Below are positions 40,561 through 51,023 of a stretch of DNA of 55,078 bases, piece after piece. The stretch is from an uncultured Porphyromonadaceae bacterium. GTDB taxonomy: Bacteria; Bacteroidota; Bacteroidia; Bacteroidales; Muribaculaceae. Each line of letters begins with the position of its first letter. Positions within the stretch are counted from its first letter, which is position 1. The notes beneath the pieces were generated by a model, which did no database searches, was not told where the DNA came from, and saw nothing but the letters and a program-made list of their open reading frames with translations. Position numbers and translations under genes: made by a program. The stretch is from NCBI GenBank assembly GCA_947176205.1, contig CAMWPX010000001.1, forward strand, positions 1-55,078. Direction: 5' to 3'.

Positions 40561-41382
40561 ATGTCAACTTACAACGAATCTGCCAAACCCAAGGTAACTA
40601 CAGCCCGCTTGCTTGAAATGAAGCATAATGGCGAAAAAATCGCTTGCCTCACCTCATATGATTTCACCATGTCATCAATTGTTGATGCCGCCGGTATAGA
40701 CCTTATTCTGGTTGGTGACTCAGCCGCAAACGTAATGATGGGCTATGACACTACCCTACCTATAACACTCGATGACATGATAACATTTGCCAAAGGCACC
40801 GTACGCGGAGCCCGACGTGCCATGGTTATCGTTGACCTGCCTTTCGGATACTATCAGGGCAATCCGGAAATCGCCCTGGCATCAGCCGTAAGAATCATGA
40901 AAGAAACAGGTGCCGCAGGTGTGAAACTGGAAGGCGGTGAGGAAATTCTTGATTCTATAAAATGCATTCTGTCAGCGGGTATACCCGTATGCGGACATCT
41001 TGGGCTCACACCCCAGTCCATCAATAAATTCGGTGGCTATGGAGTTCGTGCCAAAGAAGAGGCAGAAGCAGAGCGTCTGATAAGCGATGCACGCATGCTT
41101 GACGAAGCCGGATGCTTCGCTATAGTACTTGAAAAAATTCCGTCGGCTCTCGCTGCCAAAGTAACATCATCGGTATCGGTACCGGTAATCGGTATCGGTG
41201 CAGGAAACAATGTCGATGGTCAGATACTCGTAGTGCAGGACATGCTGGGCATGAACCGCGGTTTCTCACCAAAATTCGTACGTCACTATGCATCACTCGC
41301 TGATGTCATGGAGCAGGCACTCGGTCAATACGTAACCGATGTTAAAGCTGTAGACTTCCCCAACGCTTCAGAGCAGTATTAA
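40561..41382 (+). CDS. panB: 3-methyl-2-oxobutanoate hydroxymethyltransferase
   Basis: LTSYD, LVGDS, DLPFG, VKLEGG, GHLGLTPQ. Confidence 0.97.
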   Translation: MSTYNESAKPKVTTARLLEMKHNGEKIACLTSYDFTMSSIVDAAGIDLILVGDSAANVMMGYDTTLPITLDDMITFAKGTVRGARRAMVIVDLPFGYYQGNPEIALASAVRIMKETGAAGVKLEGGEEILDSIKCILSAGIPVCGHLGLTPQSINKFGGYGVRAKEEAEAERLISDARMLDEAGCFAIVLEKIPSALAAKVTSSVSVPVIGIGAGNNVDGQILVVQDMLGMNRGFSPKFVRHYASLADVMEQALGQYVTDVKAVDFPNASEQY

Positions 41383-41397
41383 CGCTCACGCCACACA

Positions 41398-42726
41398 ATG
41401 GGGCTTACCGCCAAGATATTACGACTTGGGACACCCATTCTCATCGGTCAGATAGGAACGATAGCAGTCGGATTTGCCGATACCGCTATGGTTGGGCATT
41501 ATCATACCGATGCCTTGGCTTCGGCTTCGTTTGTAAATAATTTTTTCAACCTCGTTATTCTCTCGGCCATGGGGTTCTCCTTCGGTATTACCCCTCTGGT
41601 GGGTGCGCTTTATCCACAGAATAAATTGAGCGGCATAGGCTCACTGATGCGTAGTGCATTGGCAGCCAACGTCATGTTCGGATTATTGGTAATCGTCTTG
41701 ATGACTATAGCCTACTGCTGCATAGGCTACATGAATCAGCCGCCCGAACTACTCCCGCTTATCCGGTCATATTTTTTGATTTATCTCCTCGGAATTATTC
41801 CGGTGGTGATATTCAACGCCTTTTCACAGTGGGCATACGCCATCGGTCGGACAGGTATGCCTATGTGGATTATTCTCAGTGGTAATATTGTGAATATTTT
41901 AGGCAATTACCTGCTTATTGAAGGTCACTTGGGTTGCCCAGAATTAGGACTCAACGGAGCCGGAATAGCCACATTGATTGCCCGCTCTCTGTGTGCCATT
42001 GCCATAGCCGGAATATTTTTCCTGAAAAAAGAATACAGGGTTTATCGTCATGGATTCACCGACGCATATGTCAACCGTAAATCACTCGGTCTGGTATGGC
42101 GGACATCGCTTCCGGTAGCTGTGCAGATGGCTTTTGAAGCCGGAGCGTTCTCATTTGCCGGAGTGGTTGCCGGATGGTTCGGTACAGTAGAACTGGCTGC
42201 CTATCAAGTTATCGTAATACTGGGCACACTTGGATTCTGCACATATTACTGCATGGGCTCGGCGACATCGATAGTGGTAGCCAACGCTAACGGTCTTAAT
42301 GACTGCGCGATGATGCGCCGCGGAGCATTCGCCGGCTTCAAAGTGCTGCTATGCATGGCTACCCTGTCATCACTGCTGTTCATATTCGCGGGACAGTATC
42401 TGCTGATGCTGTTCACATCTGACCAGCGGGTGACCGCTATGGCTCTGTCAGTATTAGTCCCACTCGTGCTGTATCAGTATGCCGATGCCACTCAGATTAA
42501 TTTCGCCGGCGCACTTCGTGGCTCATCGCATGTTATGCCCATGCTATGGATAGCCATAGTGAGCTACGGAATAATAGGTGTTCCCGCCACATATCTTATG
42601 GCTGTGACATTTAACGGCGGCATTTACGGAATTGTTCTGAGTTTTTCGGTATCGCTGCTGTGCGCCGCATCGCTATTTTTATACACATTTATGAAAGTGA
42701 CCCGGATTAACAGTAATGTTTCATAG
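41398..42726 (+). CDS. MATE efflux transporter
   Basis: DTAMVG, GLNGAGIAT, about 12 TMs, GALRG. Confidence 0.92.
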   Translation: MGLTAKILRLGTPILIGQIGTIAVGFADTAMVGHYHTDALASASFVNNFFNLVILSAMGFSFGITPLVGALYPQNKLSGIGSLMRSALAANVMFGLLVIVLMTIAYCCIGYMNQPPELLPLIRSYFLIYLLGIIPVVIFNAFSQWAYAIGRTGMPMWIILSGNIVNILGNYLLIEGHLGCPELGLNGAGIATLIARSLCAIAIAGIFFLKKEYRVYRHGFTDAYVNRKSLGLVWRTSLPVAVQMAFEAGAFSFAGVVAGWFGTVELAAYQVIVILGTLGFCTYYCMGSATSIVVANANGLNDCAMMRRGAFAGFKVLLCMATLSSLLFIFAGQYLLMLFTSDQRVTAMALSVLVPLVLYQYADATQINFAGALRGSSHVMPMLWIAIVSYGIIGVPATYLMAVTFNGGIYGIVLSFSVSLLCAASLFLYTFMKVTRINSNVS

Positions 42727-42819
42727 ACCCCGATTAAAATTTGCAGGATAAATAATATATCGTACTTTTGTAAACAAATCCAAAAAGGATAAACATTTCT
42801 TAACTTCATCACCGTCTCC

Positions 42820-44661
42820 ATGGATTACGGATTTTTAGATTTATTGTGTTTGCTTGGCTCCGTAGGGTTGTTTCTCTACGGTATGAAAGTAATGAGTGAA
42901 GGATTACAGAAAGCGGCGGGTGACCGTCTGCGTAATATCCTCTCAGCCATGACACGCAATCGCTTTACCGGCACACTTACCGGTTTTGCCATAACAGCGC
43001 TCATTCAGAGTTCATCGGCATCGACAGTGATGGTGGTAAGTTTCGTCAACGCCGGTCTGATGACTCTGGCTCAGTCAATGGCTGTAATCATGGGTGCCAA
43101 TGTGGGCACCACCTTTACAGCTTGGGTTATATCGCTATTTGGCTTCAAAGTCAATATGTCGGCGTTCGTACTCCCGCTGTTTACCATAGCCATACCGCTT
43201 CTTTTCTCTAAGAAAAGCCGCACTAAATCCATCGGTGAGTTCTTGGTAGGATTCTCGTTTCTGTTCATGTCGCTTGACCTTATCAGCAAGTATGTGCCTG
43301 ATTTGCAAAGCAACCCCGAAATGTTTGCCTTCCTGCAACAATATACAAACTTAGGCTTCGGTTCCGTACTGATATTCGCACTGGTTGGACTGGTACTTAC
43401 CATGATTATACAGTCATCGGCAGCCACATTCGCCATCACATTGATTATGTGCAGCAAGGGCTGGATTGGATTTGAACTGTCGTGTGCGCTGGTTTTAGGT
43501 TCTAATATCGGTACTACGGTAACCCCTATCCTTGCGTCTCTTAGCGGTAATACAGCGGCAAAACGCACCGCCATGGGACACCTGCTCTTCAATCTGTTCG
43601 GCAGTCTTTGGGTACTTGCTGTATTTTTCCCATTCGTGCACCTCAATGTCGACATAACACAATGGCTTGGTCAAGGTGACCCCGAAGCACTGTCCGGCTA
43701 CGTGCATTACATACAAACACATGACCCCGACGCCTACAACCTACTATTTAACAACTCCTTGCCAAGCACACACCCGCTGTATGACAAAGTATCCGCCATG
43801 CAACTTGATATCGACCGCATGCAGCAGAGCGTGTCGATAGGACTGTCGGTATTCCACACCGTATTCAATCTTATCAATCTTTTCATAATGATATGGTTCA
43901 CCAACGTATATGTCAAGATTGTGGAACGTCTCATACCGGCCAAACACAAACAGGATGAGGAATTCCAGCTCAAATTTATCTCGCGCGGTCTTCTTAATGC
44001 CTCCGAGCTCAACATAGCCCAGGCAGAAAAAGAAATAGCCGTGTACGGCGAACGCGTGGCACGCATGATAGATATGGCACAGGAACTTGTACACACCAAA
44101 TCGGACTCCGAAGAATTCAATCACCTTTATTCGCGGCTTGAGAAATATGAAGATATATCTGACCGTATGGAGATAGAAATCGCCCATTATCTCAACCGTT
44201 GTTCCGAAGGTCGACTGTCAAATCAAAGTAAACACCGTATAGCCGGCATGCTCCGAATAGTAAGTGAGATTGAGAGCATAGCCGATGGCTGTCTCGGAGC
44301 CGGAAAAATACTCGTGCGCCGCAATCAGAGCGGGTCGAAGTTTACCGATGAGATATACACCAATATCGACGTCATGTTCGGTTACGTCAAGAAAGCCATG
44401 GAACAGATGCTTGTGCTGCTTAATGACATAGAGCATGCACAGGAAGCCGATATCATCCGCTCTTACAACATGGAACGCGAGATAAACAACTATCGCAATC
44501 AGCTCCGCACCGCCAATATCGAAAACATCAATAATCATCATTACGAATATCAGGCGGGTATATATTACATGGATCTCGTATCTGACATAGAAAAAACAGG
44601 TGACTACATCATAAATGTGGTGGACGCCATCAAAGATCAGATTCGCACGGTGCCTGATTAA
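42820..44661 (+). CDS. Na+/Pi cotransporter family protein with PhoU-like C-terminus
   Basis: Two QSSS/QSSA repeats, GANVGTT and GSNIGTT, C-terminal EKTGDY. Confidence 0.93.
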   Translation: MDYGFLDLLCLLGSVGLFLYGMKVMSEGLQKAAGDRLRNILSAMTRNRFTGTLTGFAITALIQSSSASTVMVVSFVNAGLMTLAQSMAVIMGANVGTTFTAWVISLFGFKVNMSAFVLPLFTIAIPLLFSKKSRTKSIGEFLVGFSFLFMSLDLISKYVPDLQSNPEMFAFLQQYTNLGFGSVLIFALVGLVLTMIIQSSAATFAITLIMCSKGWIGFELSCALVLGSNIGTTVTPILASLSGNTAAKRTAMGHLLFNLFGSLWVLAVFFPFVHLNVDITQWLGQGDPEALSGYVHYIQTHDPDAYNLLFNNSLPSTHPLYDKVSAMQLDIDRMQQSVSIGLSVFHTVFNLINLFIMIWFTNVYVKIVERLIPAKHKQDEEFQLKFISRGLLNASELNIAQAEKEIAVYGERVARMIDMAQELVHTKSDSEEFNHLYSRLEKYEDISDRMEIEIAHYLNRCSEGRLSNQSKHRIAGMLRIVSEIESIADGCLGAGKILVRRNQSGSKFTDEIYTNIDVMFGYVKKAMEQMLVLLNDIEHAQEADIIRSYNMEREINNYRNQLRTANIENINNHHYEYQAGIYYMDLVSDIEKTGDYIINVVDAIKDQIRTVPD

Positions 44662-44692
44662 GCCCTTTTATGACCGCTTTTATTAAAATTTG

Positions 44693-44755
44693 GTCACAAA
44701 GCAGCCACAGAGTAAAACATCTTTTGTAAGGTATCCTTTTTTATCTATAAATTTG
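44693..44755 (+). promoter_or_regulatory. Response regulator promoter with Pho-box-like 11-bp-period repeats
   Basis: GTCACA at 44693, GCCACA at 44704, AAACAT at 44715. TTTG at 44723-44726, 21-nt spacer, TAAATTTG at 44748-44755. Confidence 0.5.
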
Positions 44756-44826
44756 TATGAGGATAAGGGTCATAATACCCTCCATCCTCATTCACATTTT
44801 CTTGTCAACGATACAACCCTATCTTA

Positions 44827-45546
44827 ATGCCAGACAACCAGACTAATAACAACGGAGCGCAATCAGCAGGGCAACTGCTGATTATCGACACCGACACGAT
44901 GCTTAGCGAACTTCTTCACATCAAATTCGAGGGTGAGGGATTCAAAAGCGTTGAGGTTAAGTCTGCCGAAGAAGCCTTTGCTCTTGATCTGACACATTTT
45001 AACCTGATTATCATCGACATGATGGACGAAAAGTTTACCGGGCTGGATTTCACCCGCAAACTCCGTCATGACCATGACACATACAATATACCTGTAATCA
45101 TAGCTTCCAAGCATTCATCGGAAGATGACATAGTCGATGGTCTTGATGCGGGAGCCGATGATTACATGGCAAAGCCATTTTCATCACGCGAGCTGATAGC
45201 CCGTGTGCGCTCGGTATTACGCCGACGTCGCATGATGTCAGCACGCCGGGCGGTAACCGAACTGCGCTACAATGATTTGGTGGTCGACCTCGGAGCCGGT
45301 ACAGCAAGCATAGCCGGTGAACAGCTCTCGCTTACCCGCATAGAATATCTCATTCTGGCCATGTTCCTGAGAAACAGAAACACATATCATACTCGCGCCG
45401 ATATTCAGCGTGAAGCATGGGAAGACGAAACAGGTGTTTCAGACCGTGCCGTTGACACCAACATATCACGTCTTCGTAAAAAGCTCGGCAAATACGGCAA
45501 TTGTATTGTCAACCGCCAGGGCTTCGGCTACGGATTCCGTGAATAA
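44827..45546 (+). CDS. OmpR/PhoB-family response regulator (orphan)
   Basis: Receiver IIID..GADDYMAKPFS. Winged helix LTRIEYLIL..RAVDTNISRLRKKL..GFGY. Confidence 0.92.
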   Translation: MPDNQTNNNGAQSAGQLLIIDTDTMLSELLHIKFEGEGFKSVEVKSAEEAFALDLTHFNLIIIDMMDEKFTGLDFTRKLRHDHDTYNIPVIIASKHSSEDDIVDGLDAGADDYMAKPFSSRELIARVRSVLRRRRMMSARRAVTELRYNDLVVDLGAGTASIAGEQLSLTRIEYLILAMFLRNRNTYHTRADIQREAWEDETGVSDRAVDTNISRLRKKLGKYGNCIVNRQGFGYGFRE

Positions 45547-45567
45547 ATTCCAATCACACTTATTGCA

Positions 45568-46182
45568 ATGACCAAGCTACATTCGCCGCTACCCGATTGC
45601 TTCGATACGACGATAATAGAAGCAGGGTGCGATGAAGCCGGCAGAGGTTGTCTCGCCGGTCCGGTATTTGCCGCAGCCGTCATACTCCCCCACGGATTCA
45701 CCCATAAGTGGCTTAACGACTCAAAACAAATAAGTGAATCACGCCGCAATGAACTGCGCCGAATCATCGAATCAGAAGCTGTAGCATGGGCTGTAGGCAT
45801 TGTCGACAACACGGAAATAGACCGCATCAATATACTCAACGCATCTATACTTGCAATGCATCGCGCTCTTGATGCCCTAAATACACCTCCTCAAGCCATT
45901 ATAGTCGATGGCAACCGTTTCAAGCCGTACAAGGATATCCCGTACACCACCTTCGTAAAAGGCGACGGCCGATTCGGAAATATAGCGGCAGCATCGATTC
46001 TCGCCAAGACTCATCGCGACGAATACATGGTAAATGCCCACGCCCAATATCCACATTATGGCTGGGACGTAAACAAAGGCTACCCTACCCGTGCACACCG
46101 CACGGGTATAGAAATCCACGGACCATCTCCGCTCCACCGGATGAGTTTCCGCCTTATCGATACACAACTGACTCTTTTCTGA
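45568..46182 (+). CDS. rnhB: Ribonuclease HII
   Basis: GCDEAGRGCLAGPV, LNDSK, VDGN, KGD, AAASILAK, KGYPT, HRMSF. Confidence 0.97.
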   Translation: MTKLHSPLPDCFDTTIIEAGCDEAGRGCLAGPVFAAAVILPHGFTHKWLNDSKQISESRRNELRRIIESEAVAWAVGIVDNTEIDRINILNASILAMHRALDALNTPPQAIIVDGNRFKPYKDIPYTTFVKGDGRFGNIAAASILAKTHRDEYMVNAHAQYPHYGWDVNKGYPTRAHRTGIEIHGPSPLHRMSFRLIDTQLTLF

Positions 46183-46195
46183 CATCCCACAAATC

Positions 46196-46777
46196 ATGAG
46201 CGACACCAACTCTCACCACATACTACGTGCCCTCATAGCCGGACTTTTTGCTATCATCACTATATTTGCTTACGGTATGGTGCTTGTACTGCAAGACGAC
46301 ACGCTAATCACACCATGGATACCGGTAATGCTCTCGCTTGCGATTGCCGTAGTGACCGCTGACCGCTGTCTGCATGCGTGGAGCCGCCTTACAGGATACA
46401 CCAACCGCTGGATAAATACTGCGTGCCATGTAATAGCCGTTACCGGAGCTATAGCCGCAATTTTTTATTCGCTCAATTATTTTCTTTCCGATAAATCAAG
46501 TACACAAATGCAGCCGGTAGTAGTGGAAAGCCGATATACGGAAACCCATCACCATACCCGCAGAGTGGGCAGAGGACACTATGTGCAGGGAAGCCCCTAC
46601 AAAGTCCACTACGTAAATGTAAGATTCGAAAACGGAAAAGAAAAAGCCGTGTTACTGCCGCTCAAGGAATACAAATACACACATATAGGTGATACCCTGA
46701 TGTTTGAGCTTCAGCGCGGTTTTCTTGGCATCCCGGTAATCAAACGCTCCAAGACTCCTGCCCGCAGTAATAAGTAA
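46196..46777 (+). CDS. Hypothetical membrane protein
   Basis: Three TMs followed by a basic beta-rich C-terminus. Confidence 0.7.
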   Translation: MSDTNSHHILRALIAGLFAIITIFAYGMVLVLQDDTLITPWIPVMLSLAIAVVTADRCLHAWSRLTGYTNRWINTACHVIAVTGAIAAIFYSLNYFLSDKSSTQMQPVVVESRYTETHHHTRRVGRGHYVQGSPYKVHYVNVRFENGKEKAVLLPLKEYKYTHIGDTLMFELQRGFLGIPVIKRSKTPARSNK

Positions 46778-46827
46778 GATACAGGACTAACTATATACTT
46801 ACCGACATTTTCATTATATAAACAAAA

Positions 46828-46853
46828 GCGGTGCAACCATGAGGTCACACCGC
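46828..46853 (-). terminator. Terminator downstream of ino1
   Basis: GCGGTG..CACCGC stem followed by TTTTGTTT on the minus strand. Confidence 0.6.
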
Positions 46854-46901
46854 CGGGAGTTGAATTTAGTTGAAAGGGAGGTATCTTCTTATCAAATCAG
46901 A

Positions 46902-48209
46902 TTAGTCGATTTCTTCATCAGCCTCATAGCCGCCCATCTCACGAATAGCGTTTTTGAGCATCACATACTGCTGGAACAGATGATTTACTGGAACTTCACC
47001 CTTGGTATAGTCATGCATCGGGCTCTTGAGGAAGAAGCTCAGGAAGCGCTGTATGCCATGACGACCGGCACGTGCTGCAAGGTCGCTGAGCAATACGAGG
47101 TCAAGGCACAAAGGAGCTGCAAGGATAGAATCGCGGCAGAGGAAGTTAATCTTAATCTGCATCGGGTAACCCATCCAGCCGAAAATATCGATGTTATCCC
47201 AGCCTTCTTTATTGTCGTTGCGTGGGGGATAATAGTTGATACGCACCTTGTGGTAGTAATCGGTGTATAAATCAGGCTGCTCTTCCGGTACGAGGATTGA
47301 CTCGAGTGTAGAAAGTTTTGACACTTCTTTTGTACGGAAGTTAGCGGGCTCGTCAAGTACAAGACCGTCACGGTTTCCGAGGATATTGGTTGAGAACCAA
47401 CCGCTCAGACCAAGACAACGAGTACCGATTATGGGGGCGAAACCTGATTTTACAAGTGTCTGACCGGTCTTGAAGTCCTTACCTGCGATAGGCATTCCGG
47501 TCTTTTCGCTGAGTTCCCACATAGCAGGAATGTCAACTGTAGTATTGGGGGCGCCCATAATGAAGGGAGCACCTTCGCTCAATGCAGCGTAAGCGTAACA
47601 CATTGAGGGTGCGATATGCTCTTTGTCGTCGGCTTTCATAGCCTTTTCCAAATCAGCGAGCGTACCATGTACGTTTTCATCCACCGGTACATAAACCTCA
47701 GTAGAAGCAGCCCAAAGCACAACCACGCGATCCACACCATACTCTTTCTTGAAGTTACGGATATCCTCGCGAAGCTGTTCCACCATTTCCCAACGGGTTT
47801 TGCCCACCATTACATTATCACCGTCAAGGCGCTTTGCATAATTGTGGTCAAATGCGGCTTTCATGGGCTTGATAGCTTCAAGCTCATCCTTTACGGGATT
47901 GATATCTTTTTCTTTAAGAACTTCAGCGTTGATGGCGCTTTCATATGCATTGGCAGGATACACGTCCCATGCACCGAACACGATATCATCAAGTTTGGCA
48001 ATAGGCACAATATCTTCATATTTAAGATATTTCTTGTCAGCACCTTTACCCACGCGAATCTTGTCATATTGGGTCATAGAACCAACAGGCTTTGCAAGAT
48101 TCTTGCGAGCCATGAGGACACCGGTCATAAATGTAGATGTAACAGCACCGAGACCTACCACGAGGACTCCGAGCTTGCCATCAGCGGGTTTTACATTTGA
48201 GGCTTTCAT
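46902..48209 (-). CDS. ino1: myo-Inositol-1-phosphate synthase
   Basis: VGLGAV, LWAASTE, GKDFKTGQTLVKS, NILGNRDG, RDSILAAP, FLKSP. ATG at 48209. Confidence 0.95.
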   Translation of the reverse strand: MKASNVKPADGKLGVLVVGLGAVTSTFMTGVLMARKNLAKPVGSMTQYDKIRVGKGADKKYLKYEDIVPIAKLDDIVFGAWDVYPANAYESAINAEVLKEKDINPVKDELEAIKPMKAAFDHNYAKRLDGDNVMVGKTRWEMVEQLREDIRNFKKEYGVDRVVVLWAASTEVYVPVDENVHGTLADLEKAMKADDKEHIAPSMCYAYAALSEGAPFIMGAPNTTVDIPAMWELSEKTGMPIAGKDFKTGQTLVKSGFAPIIGTRCLGLSGWFSTNILGNRDGLVLDEPANFRTKEVSKLSTLESILVPEEQPDLYTDYYHKVRINYYPPRNDNKEGWDNIDIFGWMGYPMQIKINFLCRDSILAAPLCLDLVLLSDLAARAGRHGIQRFLSFFLKSPMHDYTKGEVPVNHLFQQYVMLKNAIREMGGYEADEEID

Positions 48210-48448
48210 AATCAACGAAAGAGAATAAAATGTGATATTAACTGTTTTTCGATACTAAAGTCAGCGCATAAAACTACACACTGACACACTTCATTACATT
48301 GTGCACGTAAAAGTACACCTAATTTTCCAAATGCAAAATTTTTTTACTTTAATATTTTATTATATTTGTTAACCGAGCATAATTTAATGCCGTATTTACC
48401 ACAAATGGGTTAATAAACATCAAAACTATTTAACGTTTGGTTAACTAA

Positions 48449-49156
48449 TCATAATGCCACATCAAGCACCTGAGAGAGTTGAGTAATGGCTGATGGATGA
48501 ATCACAGCATCCTCCTCGGCAGTCCAGCCCTTTCCTTTTAACCATGCCACCTGACATCCTATGCTCTGTGCCGGCAGTATATCCTTCTTATAGCTGTCGC
48601 CTATCACAAGCACCTGTCCGGCGGGTAATCCCAATGCCTTGACTCCCATACGGAATATTTCGGGGTCGGGCTTACGCACACCTACCACAGCACTCTCTAT
48701 CACCTCACGGAAATAATGCTGAAGATTAAAATCAGCAAGCACAGCACCGACATTGCCATAAAAATTAGACACAAGCACCAACGGATAGTGTTGATAAAGA
48801 GTCTCGATTACAGGTCGGGCTTCTTCCACACTCATCCGAGCCGCCTGATAACAGTAATCAGCCACTTCCGAGGCATATCCCCCTGCACTATCTGCAGTTA
48901 CCACACCGGCATCGACAAGAAAACCGAGTTCGATACGCATCTTTATCAACAGGAGATCATGAAAATTATGGTGAGGAAGAATATGCGGATGGCGTGCAAG
49001 CTCACGCTCGGCATACACGTACGCATCACGAAATATCTGTTTCTCCACCGGTACCCCGGCAGCTTGATAGCCATCCCAGATTATCTCGCTCCAATGCACT
49101 CCACGGCTATCTATGGTACCGCCGTAATCGAAAATAATACCTTTAATATCTGCCAT
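48449..49156 (-). CDS. HAD-family hydrolase
   Basis: FDYGGTID, VSN, KPDP, IGDS..D. ATG at 49156. Confidence 0.9.
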   Translation of the reverse strand: MADIKGIIFDYGGTIDSRGVHWSEIIWDGYQAAGVPVEKQIFRDAYVYAERELARHPHILPHHNFHDLLLIKMRIELGFLVDAGVVTADSAGGYASEVADYCYQAARMSVEEARPVIETLYQHYPLVLVSNFYGNVGAVLADFNLQHYFREVIESAVVGVRKPDPEIFRMGVKALGLPAGQVLVIGDSYKKDILPAQSIGCQVAWLKGKGWTAEEDAVIHPSAITQLSQVLDVAL

Positions 49157-50102
49157 CACGTAATTCTTTAGTAAACCGCTTACAGATGCGTTCGTGGCGC
49201 ACAACCATATAAATCAGAAGAGTATTGAGTACCGTGAGCTCAAAGGCGAAATACAGCCACGGCATACACAGAAATAGCGAAGTAAACAGAGCTATTGTAC
49301 GCCAGTTAAACGACAGGATATTGGTGAATTTCATCAACGGTAGACTCTGCCTGCGGAATGCTTCACGGAAATCCACGGGTATCTCCCCGGAGGGAAAACG
49401 TCTATGAAGCTCTTCGCGCAATTCCTGCATAGCCGGAGTAGTTTTCTCCTGATTCATAGTATAGTTAGTGTAGACAGTCATAGTAAGTTTCTTCCAAAAA
49501 TTACGTGACCATGACAACTCGACAAGCTGTCGGCGCAGATTGGCTGAAGATTCAAGCTCGCTACCGTCACGCCCTTTGAGGAAATAAAGATGAAACTGAC
49601 GGTAATAATCAGCCATAGCAGCCTGCTTGGCATGACATATACCGGTAATAACCGCTATAAGCCATATCAGCCACGGGCGAACCATGAAAAACTCCGACGT
49701 CGCATTCTCACGCATGCAGATGGCTATATAAATAGTAGCAAACCACACATCACCGCTAAGACCATCCAGTATACGCCCTATACGCGAATACTGATGCGTC
49801 ATGCGAGCGAGCTGTCCGTCGGCGCTGTCAAACGAATTAGCCCATATGAGGAGAAGCATGCCCGCTACATTAATCCATATATTGGAATAATAGAACGCTA
49901 TACCCGCTCCTATACCCAGAAATATGGAAGCTATGGTAATAGCATTGGGGGTGACCCCAAGGCGTTTGGCGGCACACGCCCATGCATAACCTATGGGACG
50001 ATAAAATGCCAAATCTATGCCTTCTTCGGTATCAAGTGATTTGAGCGAGGCACGATAATCAGAAGCGGGAGTATTTTGAATAGAATTATTTTCAACCGTC
50101 AT
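49143..50102 (-). CDS. CDP-alcohol phosphatidyltransferase
   Basis: TPNAIT, DSADGQLAR..GRILDGLSGD (DxxDGxxAR..GxxxD). Confidence 0.93.
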   Translation of the reverse strand: MTVENNSIQNTPASDYRASLKSLDTEEGIDLAFYRPIGYAWACAAKRLGVTPNAITIASIFLGIGAGIAFYYSNIWINVAGMLLLIWANSFDSADGQLARMTHQYSRIGRILDGLSGDVWFATIYIAICMRENATSEFFMVRPWLIWLIAVITGICHAKQAAMADYYRQFHLYFLKGRDGSELESSANLRRQLVELSWSRNFWKKLTMTVYTNYTMNQEKTTPAMQELREELHRRFPSGEIPVDFREAFRRQSLPLMKFTNILSFNWRTIALFTSLFLCMPWLYFAFELTVLNTLLIYMVVRHERICKRFTKELRDGRY

Positions 50103-50124
50103 GTCGTAAAAGAAACGAAGTTAA

Positions 50125-50994
50125 TTATTTATCTTTATGGGCTTTGATGGCAGCAAGCACACAGCGTGCTATATGCGGGGCGGCTTCCACACGGCATGGA
50201 GCGAAACTGGGCCAATCGTTAAAATCAATAATCCGGATTACACCTTCCGGCGATACTATACAGTCACCTCCGTAAATTTTCACATCAAGTGCATCGGCGG
50301 CATCATGGCATATTTTCATAAGATGCACCTTATCAAACGCTATACCACGCGAATGACCGTTGATAGCTTCGTGACCATACTTGCTGTGACCTTCGTCAAA
50401 AGGATAAAACCAATAGAAAAAGGGTGTACCCTGTACACCATAGAATTTAATCAAATCACCGGGAAGATGACGATTGATGACAGCACGTTTGATTCCGCGT
50501 AAAAAATACTCCTGCAGCACTTCCTGCGCCTCTTCGACATGACGCACATAGCTTACATCCTCTTTATGCATGGCGTGGAAATCACCACGTTTTATCCAGC
50601 ACTGCGTAAATCCGGCATCGGTCATCACTTTCCGGATAGCTTGATCCGTATCTACAATCAGACTTTCCGGATAAGGGATATTGCTTCCGAGCAATATTCG
50701 GGTCATGCGCTCGCGCGTACAGTTCTCGATACCGTAGCCTGAATTTATCACAAGCACACCGGCATTTTCCATAGCCTGAAGACGCATAATCGACCGCTGC
50801 TCCCGACACATGTTCATTACCACCGACTCATGGACTTCTCCGGCTATCAATTGCTCTTCGCTGTAGATATTGACCACACAACCGCGTTTGCGAAGATGAT
50901 CAGCCACAAGATTGAAAATAGCAGCGTCATTGCCTATGTGATTAGGCGAAAACGCTCCGGCACGCATTATTCCCGCTATAGTTATATCAGCCAT
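50125..50994 (-). CDS. ATP-grasp-fold protein (ITPK1-like motifs) in the inositol cluster
   Basis: VINS..IENC.R, WIKR, HLPGDLIKFYGV, IYGGDCIV..IIDFNDWPSF. Confidence 0.6.
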   Translation of the reverse strand: MADITIAGIMRAGAFSPNHIGNDAAIFNLVADHLRKRGCVVNIYSEEQLIAGEVHESVVMNMCREQRSIMRLQAMENAGVLVINSGYGIENCTRERMTRILLGSNIPYPESLIVDTDQAIRKVMTDAGFTQCWIKRGDFHAMHKEDVSYVRHVEEAQEVLQEYFLRGIKRAVINRHLPGDLIKFYGVQGTPFFYWFYPFDEGHSKYGHEAINGHSRGIAFDKVHLMKICHDAADALDVKIYGGDCIVSPEGVIRIIDFNDWPSFAPCRVEAAPHIARCVLAAIKAHKDK

Positions 50995-51023
50995 AGGAAG
51001 GTGATTATTTGGAGGTTATTTGA

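Noticed and set aside
43071-44541. Several minus-strand ORFs up to 194 aa opposite the Na/Pi transporter
   Set aside because: Antisense shadows of a conserved gene.
46839-48228. Long plus-strand ORFs (143, 194 and 128 aa) antisense to ino1
   Set aside because: They are shadow frames of a strongly codon-biased gene, with no motifs or plausible starts.
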